From Epiperipatus broadwayi (Eukaryota; Animalia; Onychophora), in assembly GCA_028023455.1 (NCBI GenBank), contig JAQFVV010000002.1, forward strand, positions 6,572,001 to 6,636,000: a DNA stretch of 64,000 nt. The letters are read 5' to 3'. Shown here one piece after another: positions 13,141 to 24,920 of the stretch. How positions within the stretch are numbered: position 1 is the stretch's first letter; the number at the start of each line of letters is the position of its first letter. Below the pieces are notes generated by a model. That model made no database searches and was not told the DNA's origin. It saw only the letters and a program-made list of their open reading frames with translations. Made by a program: the position numbers and the translations under genes.

Positions 13141-14122
13141 TATTTGGTTTTCAAAATAAAATTGTCTTTTATGTTAAAACTGAATATAACTAAAAATATA
13201 GATGTTAATATTTTCTTTCTTTTTTTATTTAAGCATAATTAGTTATGAGGGCTTTCTAGATGTTTAATTAAATCAATACTACAAAAGCCTGACTAGAAAC
13301 TATTTAAGAAATACTTTTCTATTTAGTTATTAAGACTTAGAGCTCAGTTTGTAAATATAAAAAGCTCATTCATTTGTGTACAGATTATTAAAAAACATGT
13401 ACAAAGAAAAGATGTAAAAACCATCATCATATCCATGATCTGATAAAAAATAAAGTATTGAATTTCTCAAATCCAATGCCATCAAAATTTATGTGCTTAA
13501 AACAGATACTATGAGTAAATAGAAAATTCTTAGGATCTCCTACCAAACTGAAAACCTCATCTGATAACAATTTTTTTAAAAAAATTATTTAATTTAAAAA
13601 TGTATTTGAAATATGAAATTTCCCATTAGAGAAATGAAACATTTTCATTATTTTTGTGCAAATTTTGTAGTAATAGCAAGCAAAAAAGAATTATATTTGT
13701 TCTAAAACTTTTCTGGTAACAGAAAAAATATTTGAAAAGAAAAACTATCAGTTACTATGTAAAAGAATTAAAATATATCAACAAACTACAAAATCATTTC
13801 CAGACTCAGAGATTATTGCTTGTATCACTATTTTAAAAATTGCCCAAAGTTATGTAAATCTAGAAGTTATGGACTATTTAATTATATAAACAAAATATTC
13901 ATGTTTTAAAGTCAAGGATAAGTGCTCATTATTTTGCTTAAGATTATTAATTTCCTTAAAATTTTGAAAGAAAAAACTAGACATTTACATATCTAATATA
14001 ATACGGAGATTTTTTTAGAATTTTGGGTCTTATTTAATTTTAATATTCTGCTTTAGAGAAATTGTTTATAATATTCAAAATAATATAATATATTTATTAT
14101 GCATCCAAAATAAAAATAGTAA

Positions 14123-14232
14123 TCAAGCGTTGGTAGCTGAAAGATCAGCGCAGCTGCCTTGCAAGTAAGCAGTTGCTTGCAGACAGTTGTCGTGGGTTCG
14201 CTTCCCAGCCGATACTTTGACATATGGAAAAA
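14123..14232 (+). mobile_element. tRNA-Gly-derived mini-SINE copy (anticodon position TGC), A-tail, TSD
   Basis: Homologous to 13031 and 61551 copies; 16-bp TSD with one mismatch at 14107-14122 and 14233-14248. Confidence 0.7.
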
Positions 14233-15571
14233 AAAATAAAGATAGTAAATTAAGTATTATTTGAGATAAAAATTATAGTTTCGATAAGTTCTAGTTAGCT
14301 TTGGTAATTAAAATGACTATGGTGGAACTCTAAACTGCACTGTATCTATTTACATGACTTCAATTATATGCTATCCAAAGAAAAAAATAAACATACAAAC
14401 AAACAAACAAAAAAAACATTAAAATTTGCAAATTTTATAATATTCAGCAGCCATTTTTTCTTCTGTGAACACAGTCGTTAAAAAAAAAATTAAACTTTGT
14501 AAATAAATTTTACAATATACCAATAACCATTTTAAAATCTCAGAGCATTATGTACAATTATATATATATTAATAATTATTTTTAGTTTATGTTGAAAGCA
14601 CATACATTTTATTTTTCCTTTATTACCTTTTATGAATTTAACGTGCAGTATTTTGTATAATAAAATATTTTATGAGCATAATGCTAAAAGTTTTACAAAA
14701 TTTTTGAACATATTATTTAAAGTTAATACTGATTTAGAACATTAAAAATAATTAAAGAGAACATAATTTTTTGATAAAAAGAATAATCTTTTATGTTTGT
14801 ATAAAACAAAAAAATTATTAGAAAAAAGAGATTATTCCCCTAGAATGTTTTTAATTGAATAAAAGTCAGACATTTATTATTTATTTTAAAAATAAAAATA
14901 TGAAAGTTGGTTTTTTTCTTTATCCTTATTGCTTCAGTGAATTCATAAGTAAGCACACATTCTGTAATATATAAATATATCCCTTCAATTTATTTTTAAT
15001 AACTTTATTATTATTTTTAAAGTTTTGTTTATACTATAACTTTGATATATAACTACACATATAAAAAAATCTGTTATATATATGCGCTTGTTGAAAAGTA
15101 ACAGTACAATTGCAGTTCAATTAACAATATGTAACTGTCTATCAACAAAACATGAGCTATTATACATCACATCTATTTGAATATAAGGAGGACCTTGAGC
15201 AAAATATATCATAGTTTACAGCTTCCCTGTACTACAAATTTGAAATAAGTCTCATAACCTAAGTATGAAATTTCTTTATTAGTGTAATAATTTATAAAAT
15301 GTATTTAAACTTTATTTTCAAGATACTATAAAAAAAGGAATTAAAAAATACTTCATAGTCATTTAAAAAAAATTTAAGTATGCAAATGATTTAAAATAAA
15401 ATGCATTATTAAAAATAATGCTATTCTGAATAAGAAATTTTAATAAAAAATATTAAATTAACTCTGATTTATTAATTTTTAAAAATAAAATATATTAAAT
15501 GTTTATGTATAGATTATTGAGACGTATGTTTGAACATATAAATATACCTTATATATATATATAACGTTTGT

Positions 15572-16012
15572 GACATTAATTCAATGCAACAATATATTTT
15601 TAAATATAACTGAATAACCTCCAGCTTCAGCAAATGATAAGGCCTTAAAGTTAAAATACTATTATAACTTGCACTTCTTCATATATTAGGAGGTTTGTCT
15701 ACAATGCATTTTCTAGAAGGCATAAATTTATTTTATTAATCAGAAATTTTTTGTAAATGATTTTATACTTGATTGACATATATATCTGGCAAGTATGAAA
15801 TTATTTGTGGTTTTAATTTTACTAATATTGATTTCAATTCTAATAATATACAATAAATAGTAATTTACAGTGCTAAATATTTAGATATAATGTTTTTAAC
15901 ATTAATTCATTGCAACTATTTATTTTTAAATATAATTGAATATTCCTACAGCTTCAGCAAGAACATTAAATCTAAATATTTAGCACAGTAAATTATTATT
16001 TATGGTATTAAT
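15572..16012. repeat. Local direct duplication plus inversion
   Basis: 15572-15632 repeated at ~15899-15960; ~15845-15897 inverted at ~15961-16012. Confidence 0.65.
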
Positions 16013-16049
16013 ACATTAGTATGGTGGTGAGGTTTTACATATGCATTAG

Positions 16050-16400
16050 ACCAGAATAAGTTTCAAATCTTCCAATTTTGGAAAATAATATCTACACAGA
16101 AGTTTGACAAACTTAATTGATCAATTAAAGATTTATTTGGAAAAATGATGGCCCTTAAATTTATTTACTGGTAATGATACAAAAGTCTACAAATATGTAT
16201 TTTTGCATTTTGTGAGAAACTATCTTCCACTATGTAAACTTATAAAGATTATTTATTTGAAAAATGGCCATATATAACTTTATTTAGTGGAAATGAAACA
16301 ATCATGCATTTACATTTTTTGTCAGAAATGATCTTTCAACAAGTAAATCTTTAACAGTCTACATTTATTCCAAGTTGTAATGAAACAAAAACAAATAATA
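16050..16400. repeat. Degenerate ~120-bp tandem repeat (about 3 units)
   Basis: aaagatt..atttg.aaaat..ggcc..tttattta.tgg.aatga.acaa at ~16126 and ~16244, partial at ~16360. Confidence 0.45.
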
Positions 16401-17629
16401 TAAATATACTTAACTATGAAATTCTTTCCATTTACAAAATGTTGATTGTTAGCATCACTATTGTGGTGGACTGAGTTTCTTACCTCAAACTATGTTCCTC
16501 TGCAAATGGCTACAGTCTTTCAACAATCCTGAACAAAACAGTGCCATTATTTGTCTGAATTGTGGACATAAAGTGACAAATGTTAATCAATTAATTTAGG
16601 AAAAAATACTATGCACATTCACTTTGGCAAGAGATAGACAGTAAATCACATATACATATTCCTTTTACCTAATCATTGATTACTCATGCAAGCATTTTTT
16701 CAAGATATCACAGCATAGTTTAAATCATAAAATAATCAGCAAAACCAACATTTTGACTAATAATTTTTTCATCAGAATATTATCTAATATTATTATCTTA
16801 CAAAATTAATTCATTTCCTTTTTAGGAGATTGTAAATATGTTTAATTCAGTCTTTATATATACATTTGTTTATGCCAGTGACTTTATTTATTACATATTA
16901 TTAGAATTTAAATCATCATTGGTAAGATTAAAACTAAAAGTAATTTTATACTTGTAGATAGATGTCAGTCAGATCTAAAAACATTTAACAATAAATTTAT
17001 GATCGATAATATAAATTCATGCCCTTTAACAAAGCTGGAGGGCTATTCAATTATATTTAAAAATAAACAGTTGCAATGAAAACATTACATCAAAATATTT
17101 TTCATTGTAAATTATATTATATATATTGTTGATTGTTGTCAATATTGGTATTGTTTAAGTGTTGACTGTTTTCCTTATATATATATAAGTGATATTAATT
17201 TTTTGTTGCATAGATCAGCTTGAATGCTTATTTGAGATAACTAGAAAAAAAATATGGAAATCTATTGAACTTTATTAAAACTTGAAAGATATTGTAAGAA
17301 TAAACAAACAGAATCTTAGAATGGTTGGTAAAATATATTTCTAATACATAAAAAATTTGCATTTTAGAGGTAAATGTAAAATATTGATACTATTTTAAAT
17401 TCAAAAAACAAAAGGGTCTCATATATAATGCTACAGTAAATAATAGATTTTCCAAAGTTAAGCTAAAATAATTTGAAAAAACATTTGTGATTATTGAAAT
17501 TATACACATAAGTAAGAGATCATGGTAATTGTGAAATACAAAACATATATGTTGAAATTAAATAGATAATTGGAGTAAAATAAAATAATGTATAATAGAA
17601 GCCTCTGAGAGATCAGAGAAGAATTAGCA

Positions 17630-17850
17630 ACAGCAGAATGTTGTACCTTTCTACAATGGGGAAGGTGTTTGTGATGACAAAATGCCATATTAAAAAGTCA
17701 CAATTACCTGTTTTTATTTAGTATTGTAATGCATTTATTATTTTTGTCTACAAATTTATACTTTTTTCATATTGTTACAAATTTGACTTTTTAATATGGC
17801 ATTCTGTCAGTAACAAACACCATCGTCCCACTGGAGAAAGGTATGAAATT
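17630..17850. repeat. Imperfect inverted repeat (~75-bp arms)
   Basis: 17630-17705 is the reverse complement of ~17786-17850 (gactttttaatatggcatt..acaaacacc..agaaaggta). Confidence 0.7.
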
Positions 17851-18894
17851 CTAATGTCACAAACATGGGCAGCAAGTCTAATATGTAAGTACCAAAGTAT
17901 GATAATGATGAACATAATTTTTTAAAAACATAAAATGAAAATTTACATACAAAAACACTACATAATAGATTTCCATTTTATTACATATTAGCTTAAAGTT
18001 GACTGAGAATTATAATCAAGAGCACCTGTAGTTATTATGAAGTTGATATAGATTTGAACCATAAATTAATAAAAAAAAAACACTGAGTTTTTATTTTAAG
18101 AGAATAAAGAAAACAGTGTTAAATTAAAAAAAGACAGTAGGAAAAAAAATTTCAAATTTTTGATTTGAGAAAATGAAGTAGAAAACAATTTTAGTTGGTG
18201 TTTTATTTAAAATAAGAGTTTGGAATTATTTGTACAAATTTTTTAACAATCACAAGCATTAAAAAAATGTAGAAAAACAAAAATCAAAAATCTTTGGATT
18301 AACAATGCCTTAATTAATAAAATATTAAAAAAATTCATAAGATATAAATACATATTACATTTAATGCTAAATTAAAGTGTGAAACTGATTAATATATTTA
18401 AGGTTGTTTAGAAGATCAATTTAGAAGATAAATTCAATTAAAAAAAAGTAAATTTTATTTTGTATAGTAAAATAAAATAATTTGGCTGCTAAAATCAGAA
18501 TTGAAGTCATAGAGAAATTGTCGATAAAACTATATACCATACGCCAGATATAGCATATACCAGATAATTGGAAGAATGCAGTAATAATGTTGATAATTAA
18601 AGAATATGAAATAGAAGATGTTAAAAATTCATACCTATCAGTTTTATCCTTTTTTATTAAAATATTTATACTCATCAGAAAAAAACTTTGGACTCAAACC
18701 AACCAAAAATGCAAGCTAGATTTTTTATTTTAAATAAAATCTTTATTAACAAAAAAACAATAATTATATACATTTTAAAAACAATTATTTATATATAATA
18801 AATTTTAAACATTTTAGTTTAAGGTATTAATATTGGGAAAAGTTTAGAAATAACAATGAATTTGAGTTGCCATTATATTTTAGATTTATAGATT

Positions 18895-19177
18895 GTAATT
18901 GTAAATTAGCGATCAGGCTAATGCACATGTGCTTTACAGATTTTAAACTATACATAGATGAATACTCTCATTCTCAAACACCAGATAAAGTCTCCAAATA
19001 CTTAAGATTGTCCCATACTTAAACGTTTGGGTTGAAAAGATATATGAATTCATTCTATCTTTTCATAAAGACTTTATCTTGTGTTTGAGAAGAAGAATAT
19101 TGATTTACATATAGTTTAAAATCTGTAAAACATGTGTGCATTAGCCTGATCACTAATTTACAATTAAAATTTATTAA
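18895..19177. mobile_element. Foldback element family HP-1, copy 1; its tail is interrupted by an HH-A insertion
   Basis: Long arms taattgtaaattagcgatcaggctaatgcacatg / catgtgtgcattagcctgatcactaatttacaatta; homologous to 54138-54593 and ~41700. Confidence 0.75.
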
Positions 19178-19553
19178 TAAACAAGGCAAAACTCTCCATA
19201 CAGTAGTGCCACCCTGTGCCAACTAGAGTAATCAATGGATGCCAGAAGGCTTGTGCATAAAATCCCTATCTAGTGCCTAATCATCCAATATCACCAGACT
19301 AGTTTCTGGCTTGTGGCCTTCGTCAGTTAGGAGCTTTGGATCTGAGAGCACTGCACCTAGATCTTACAATATAATGCAACCTTCCAGAAACTAGTCTGGG
19401 AATATTGGATGAGTAGGCACAAGATAGGGATATTATGAACAAGCCTTCTGGCATTCATTGATTACTCTGGTTGGCACAGAGTGGCACTACTGTAAGGAGA
19501 GTTTTGCCTTGTTTAATAATTATGTGCTAGTATAAGAGATGGTGATCATGTAC
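19178..19553. mobile_element. HH-A hammerhead-bearing repeat, copy A (head-to-head arms)
   Basis: TSD aatttattaa 19168-19177 and 19554-19563; minus-strand HHR core (CTGACGA..GAAACTAGTC) at 19291-19332; right arm restarts at ccagaaactagtc ~19384. Confidence 0.85.
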
Positions 19554-19799
19554 AATTTATTAACATAGCGCTATATAAAAAATTACCAAAATATTTACTT
19601 TGGACAATCAAAATATTGATCTGGATATTATCATTTTCTCAAAATGCAACAACAGTAATTAGATTATATCATGATAACATTGAAAAAAATATGATTGATA
19701 AGAGTCCATAAAATCAAGATTTTATAAAACATTATTATGGCATTTTGTGTATTAAAACAAAAAGCTAATGGAATAAAAATAAGTAATTACTTAAATTGT

Positions 19800-21178
19800 T
19801 TAGATCTTGCAGATAATATGATTGTTTCAAAAAATAATGCTGCAAAACTTAGGAAATTTTACAAAAGCTATCAGATAAAAAGAAAAAGTAGGACAAAATA
19901 AATGCTAAAAAAAATGTTTCATGACTTTTTTTTTCCCAAAAAAGTAAAGATATTTAATAATGAATTGGACATCAGTCAGTTTATTAATATAGAAAAACAT
20001 AATAAAAACAAGAGAACAAGCAGAATTTAAAAGTGGTTTTAGTATAGTAGATTATATCCAGGTATTGAGAGAAGTTACAGAAAGGACAAATGAATATGAG
20101 TTGCCATTACGTTTTGGATTTGTAGATTATGAAAAGACATTTGATTTTATAAACATTTCTTCAGTGATTAAAGCATTGGATCATTAAGGTATAGATCCAG
20201 GATATTGCCATATTTTAAAGAATATTTATAAAAATGCAATAACAATAATTAGATTACATAATGATATGAGGAAAGTCAACATTGAGAAGGGTGTAAGACA
20301 GGGTGAATCCATATCTCCAAAACTTTTTACAGCAGTGCTGCAAGAAATATTTTGTGGATTAAAATGTGAATCTAAAGGAGTGAGAGTAAATGGAAATTAT
20401 TTAAGTCATTTAGATTTTGCAAATGATGTAGTTGTTTTTGCAAATAATGCTTTAGAGCTTCAGGAAATATTGCAGGAGTTATCAGATGAAAGTATGACTA
20501 AAGATAAATGTTAAAAAGACTAAAGTAATGTTCAATGGATTTTCTCAAAATATGAAAATAAAGATTGATTATGATGAATTAGAAGAAGTTAACAGCTACA
20601 AATATCTTGGTCAGATTATTAATACATATGGAAACATAATAGATTAAATTAATCATAGAATTAAACTTGTTTGGAGTGCTTTTGGTAGAAATAACTTTAT
20701 CCTAAAAGGAAATATGCCTATGTATTTGAAAAGAAAGATTTTTAATAAATGTGTTTTACCAGTTCTTACTTATGGATCTGAGACTTGGACACTTAATAGA
20801 AGAGCAATACAGAGACTTCAGACCACTCAAAGAAGTATGGAGAGATGCATATTAGGAGTAACAAGAAGAGATCGAAAATGTAATATATGGGTAAGAGAGC
20901 AAACAGGTGTTATTGACCTCATTGAAAAAATTAAAAGGCTGAAGTAGAGTTGGGCTGGACGTATTGCTAGAAGAGATGATAATAAATGGACAATTGAAAT
21001 ATTAAATGGGATTCCAAGAGATTGTAAAAGACCTAGAAAGTGACCACATGTGAGATGGATGGATGAAATAAGAAAGTGTGCAGGGATGATGTGGAGAAGA
21101 GAAGCTAAAGATTGGAGATTGTTTGAACTCAGAGAGGCCTTCATCCTGCAATGGATTGATAATGGTTGATGATGATGA
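19800..21178 (+). mobile_element. 5'-truncated RTE-clade LINE (reverse transcriptase pseudogene)
   Basis: REQAEFKSGFS, FVDYEKTFD, KGVRQGESISPKLF, HLDFANDVVVFA, VLTYGSETW, WAGRIARRDDNKW; 3' gatgatgatga tail; several stops and frameshifts; 5' edge approximate. Confidence 0.9.
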
Positions 21179-21329
21179 ATGGATAAAATTAATTACAAAA
21201 TGAAACTGAGGTGCAATGATTTTATAAGATATTAAAATGAAATATGTTCATATGTTTGAAAAAGAATAATTATGTTTTAGAAGTGCTTATATATAGATTT
21301 AAAACTTAGACATTTAGTAGAAAATTAAT

Positions 21330-21660
21330 AGAGAGTCTTCAAACTATACAGCAAAATTTGGAGCGGTGTATGATAAAAATAATTTAAAAAGGCATTGAAA
21401 GAAAAATATATGATTAAAAAACAAACCTATCCATTTATATCAGTGAAAGAATCAACAGGCTCATATGAAGAAGGACATTTAAAGTTTTAAATTAGTTTTC
21501 ATGATACTGAAAAATACCTACAAAGAGACTATATACAAGATGTATGGATGAGATAAGAAAGTTTGTTAGTGGTATGCAGAAAAAGTTATGAATCAAAGAA
21601 ATTGGACTAAGCTTAGAAGGATATTCATCTTGCAATGGATCTATAATTATTAAAAATGAT
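21330..21660 (+). mobile_element. Older RTE 3' fragment
   Basis: ggatgagataagaaagt..attcatcttgcaatggat resembles 21060-21160. Confidence 0.55.
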
Positions 21661-21699
21661 TTAATATAAAATTGAATTACATCTCATTTTAATTTATTC

Positions 21700-22140
21700 A
21701 TTATAAGTTAGAGGTTACATTTAATTTAATTTCTGTAATCCATAGCCTTAATTTCTTGGGATACTGTTAAAGACTGTTCTTGTCCATTTATATGTAATCT
21801 TTTCATTTATCCCAATTCTATAATTTTTTCAGTGATGTTAGTTATACTATTTTTTTTTTTAATCTTGTATTCTCTCGTTATTCACAAAATATTTCCTTTC
21901 ACATTCATTACTTGGTCTGAACCTTCTGTATTAATAATTAAATACTCTTAATGTTTACATTTTTAGATCCATATGTAAATACTTGTAAAGCATATGTATT
22001 AAGCATTTCTTTTCAAATATAGGCATATTTTTAAAATATTAATTAAATAATATCATCAAAGATATTAGATATATCTTTAATTCTATGATTAATTGTTATT
22101 TATTCATATTCTGCCCAAGATATTCACTACTAATTTATTA
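21700..22140 (-). mobile_element. Older RTE fragment in opposite orientation
   Basis: Minus strand gives KEMLNTYALQVFTYGSK, similar to RKIFNKCVLPVLTYGSET. Confidence 0.5.
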
Positions 22141-22869
22141 GTACTAATCTTTTTTTTTTTTCTAAAGTCATTGAAAATTATTTAAGATTTTTTTTTTTTT
22201 TTAGCATTTATGGTCCTGCTTTCTTCACTTTTTCTGAGAGATTTTGTAACATTTCTTAAAGTGCTGAAAAAAAAAAAAACATTAATTTCATATGGAAAAA
22301 GTAAACATTGTAATTTAGTCTTAAAATTTTTTTGATATGTAAGAAGCCACTCATTATAAGCAGACACTGATGTAGAACATATAAATATTAAGTGTATAAA
22401 TTAAGATAGTTTTTTAATATATCTATATGTATTTTTTTTTTAAAAAGGATGGGAACTCCCTAATATACTATAGCTCCTTAAAAATGAGACTCTAAAGCAT
22501 TTAAAAAATGTATATTATAAGATGAATATTCTTAAATGCCAATAAATGTTGATTTTAGATTATGCTATTTAATCTCTATAAATATTAATCATTTATTTCT
22601 CACTTTATCTATTATTATTTTTTTATAGATAGATAACTTCCATATTTCTCCATTCTTTTTTATTTCATAAATAATTTCATATAAATAAAGATACAATAAA
22701 AGACAAATAATTGTGATAATCATAATTATTTATTACCAAGTGGTTGAATATGCTACTTAACAATATTTTATTTTCTAATAAGTATTTGTTGTTTGGAGTG
22801 ATTGTTAAGATTTTTGGTAACTTCTGCATTTTTGATACCCCCCCCCCCATCTAATATGATAACAATTTT

Positions 22870-23610
22870 CATTAGTCATTCACTAGATTAGAGATTATAC
22901 ACTTAATGAATAATATTTCTGTAATGTAATTTTTACTACACTACTCTCACACAAGGTAGAGACTGATTTCTATCTGCTTTTAACATCTTGTGGTGGGGTG
23001 TAAATATAAACACATGACCAAAGATATGTGAAAAAATATATGATCCCCAAGATGCCCATTTTGTATTGTAGCAGCATACATCAGTGACACAGATTACAAT
23101 CTCTTGCTCATATCTTTATCATTGTTCAATATATACAGATAGCCAGTTACCATAGTTTAATTGAGGTGCCAAACTTACTGTACTCATAACTTTGGCACAA
23201 ACCACTTAATGGAAGTAGATTAATAATTTTTATTAGCCACTCATTATACTAACACCTTCTGAAGGGGTATAATCATAAACATATGACCAAAGACGTGTGA
23301 AAAAGATGTATGATCCCCAAGAGACATATTTCATGCTGAAACAGCACTCATCAGTTGACCCAAAGTACAATCTTACACATATCTTTATCATTGTTTAGTA
23401 TATATAGATGAAAAATTACAGTTTAATTAATAAGTATCAAACTTATCACCTCACAACATTGACACAAATATTAATAATTTTTATTATTCATTAGACTAGA
23501 GATTATCCACTTAATGAATAGTATTTCTGTAGTGTAATTTTCACTACACCACTGTCATTCACTTTTAACCCCTTGTAGAGAGGTGTCATCATAAACATAT
23601 GACCAATTGA
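22870..23610 (-). mobile_element. HH-B tandem array (~2.5 units, ~270-bp core period) carrying hammerhead motifs
   Basis: tgatccccaa at 23041 and 23311; ataaaca(c/t)atgaccaa at ~23006, ~23275 and ~23590; homologous to 47770-48130 and 59590-61075. Confidence 0.75.
23315..23360 (-). ncRNA. Type I hammerhead ribozyme (HH-B), core intact
   Basis: Minus strand: tcaa CTGATGA gtgctg ttt cagcat GAAA tatgtc TC ttgg; 6-bp stem II, 4-bp stem I, imperfect stem III. Confidence 0.6.
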
Positions 23611-24379
23611 AAAAAACAACTATGATTTATTTCAATTGCATTGGAATCATGATCAATTGTGTTGGAATCATTATTAATTATTTGAAAACAACATTATGGA
23701 CAAATTTATGTTTGACCATTGTTAAGGTCCAAAAACATAAAAACCAATCCCAACCTTGTGTGAGAGTTATGTAGTGAAAATTACACTACATAAATAGTAT
23801 TCATTACGTTTTTATTTTATAATGAGTGAAACATGCTTTAATTAATTAACTTTCTTATTTTAAAGCAAATAAATAAAAATATTTAATTCTTCGTTTTAAA
23901 ATGTCACTTTTATATAAAGTCAAAATTATTGGAGAACAAATTGTTGATATTATGGTCACCAGAGGGTTAAGCTTTTAATCTCATTTTCAGACGTGTTTTT
24001 CTATTTCACAACTAGTTATAAAATAAGGGAACTATTTAGAGAAACTTTGAAGTATTTGAGAAACGAATTTTTCCTTCTGTTGAATAATAATAAAAAGAGA
24101 AGTCTGAATGATAGAAAATATCTAAATTATTAAATTCTAGTATGGTCTAAATTGAAAATAAAAAAATTTTATATGAAATTTTTAATAAAAAGCAAAAGTA
24201 ATATACATTAATTATATATGATTTATCTTTCATTAGACTATTTATTATATAAATTAATTACAGCTGTTTAATTTTTAACTATATCATTATATTTGGTACT
24301 TTTTTCTTATTATCAAGAAAATAGAATTTGAAAAAATGTATATTTTTTCACAAATTGATAACACTATATTATTATTACA

Positions 24380-24920
24380 TGTCATCAAATTAATGTCAAT
24401 TCTTATGAACATTTTTCCGAAATGAAGTATCTGTGGTTATTCAGAATCTTCTATGACATATTCATTATTATGATGACGGAAGTTCCTCCCAACATGATAA
24501 TGATTAATCTTTTCTTTTTCTTAAATCAGCCTTCCTGATTGTTGCTCACTTTTATAAAGACTTAAGATTGCTTAAGAACCAAAATAAGACTATTATTATG
24601 TTTCAAATAAAAATTTAGATCTGATCAAATTGAATGTTTACTTGCTTTCTTCTCTTGTTGCCCATATTATTGATAAAAGTCACAGATAGCAACACATTTC
24701 AAAAGCATCATCATTTTCTACCCTTCTCTATTATCAACTTTTATATTCTGCATCTGAAACAATACCAATAATCATCTTTTCTGGAAACAATTTTTTAATC
24801 AGGTTTTTTATTGCATCTTTGTTCATTGTTCTCACACAATAAATCATATGCATTTTGTCTCCTTTCTGTAGCAGCAATTCATGTTTCACAGTGTAGAGGT
24901 TGGAGCATTTGACTGACATG
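24380..24920 (-). pseudogene. Possible decayed LINE ORF1-like fragment
   Basis: KLFPEKMIIGIVSDAE and FGKMFIRIDINL weakly parallel KRVIITVANAE and IDIDRPL at 45.0-45.25 kb. Confidence 0.2.

Noticed and set aside
16745-16785. Minus-strand hammerhead (CTGATGA..gtcAAAAtgtt)
   Set aside because: No stem II and only weak stem I pairing
22870-23610. CRISPR array
   Set aside because: Eukaryotic context; long diverged units with no repeat-spacer structure
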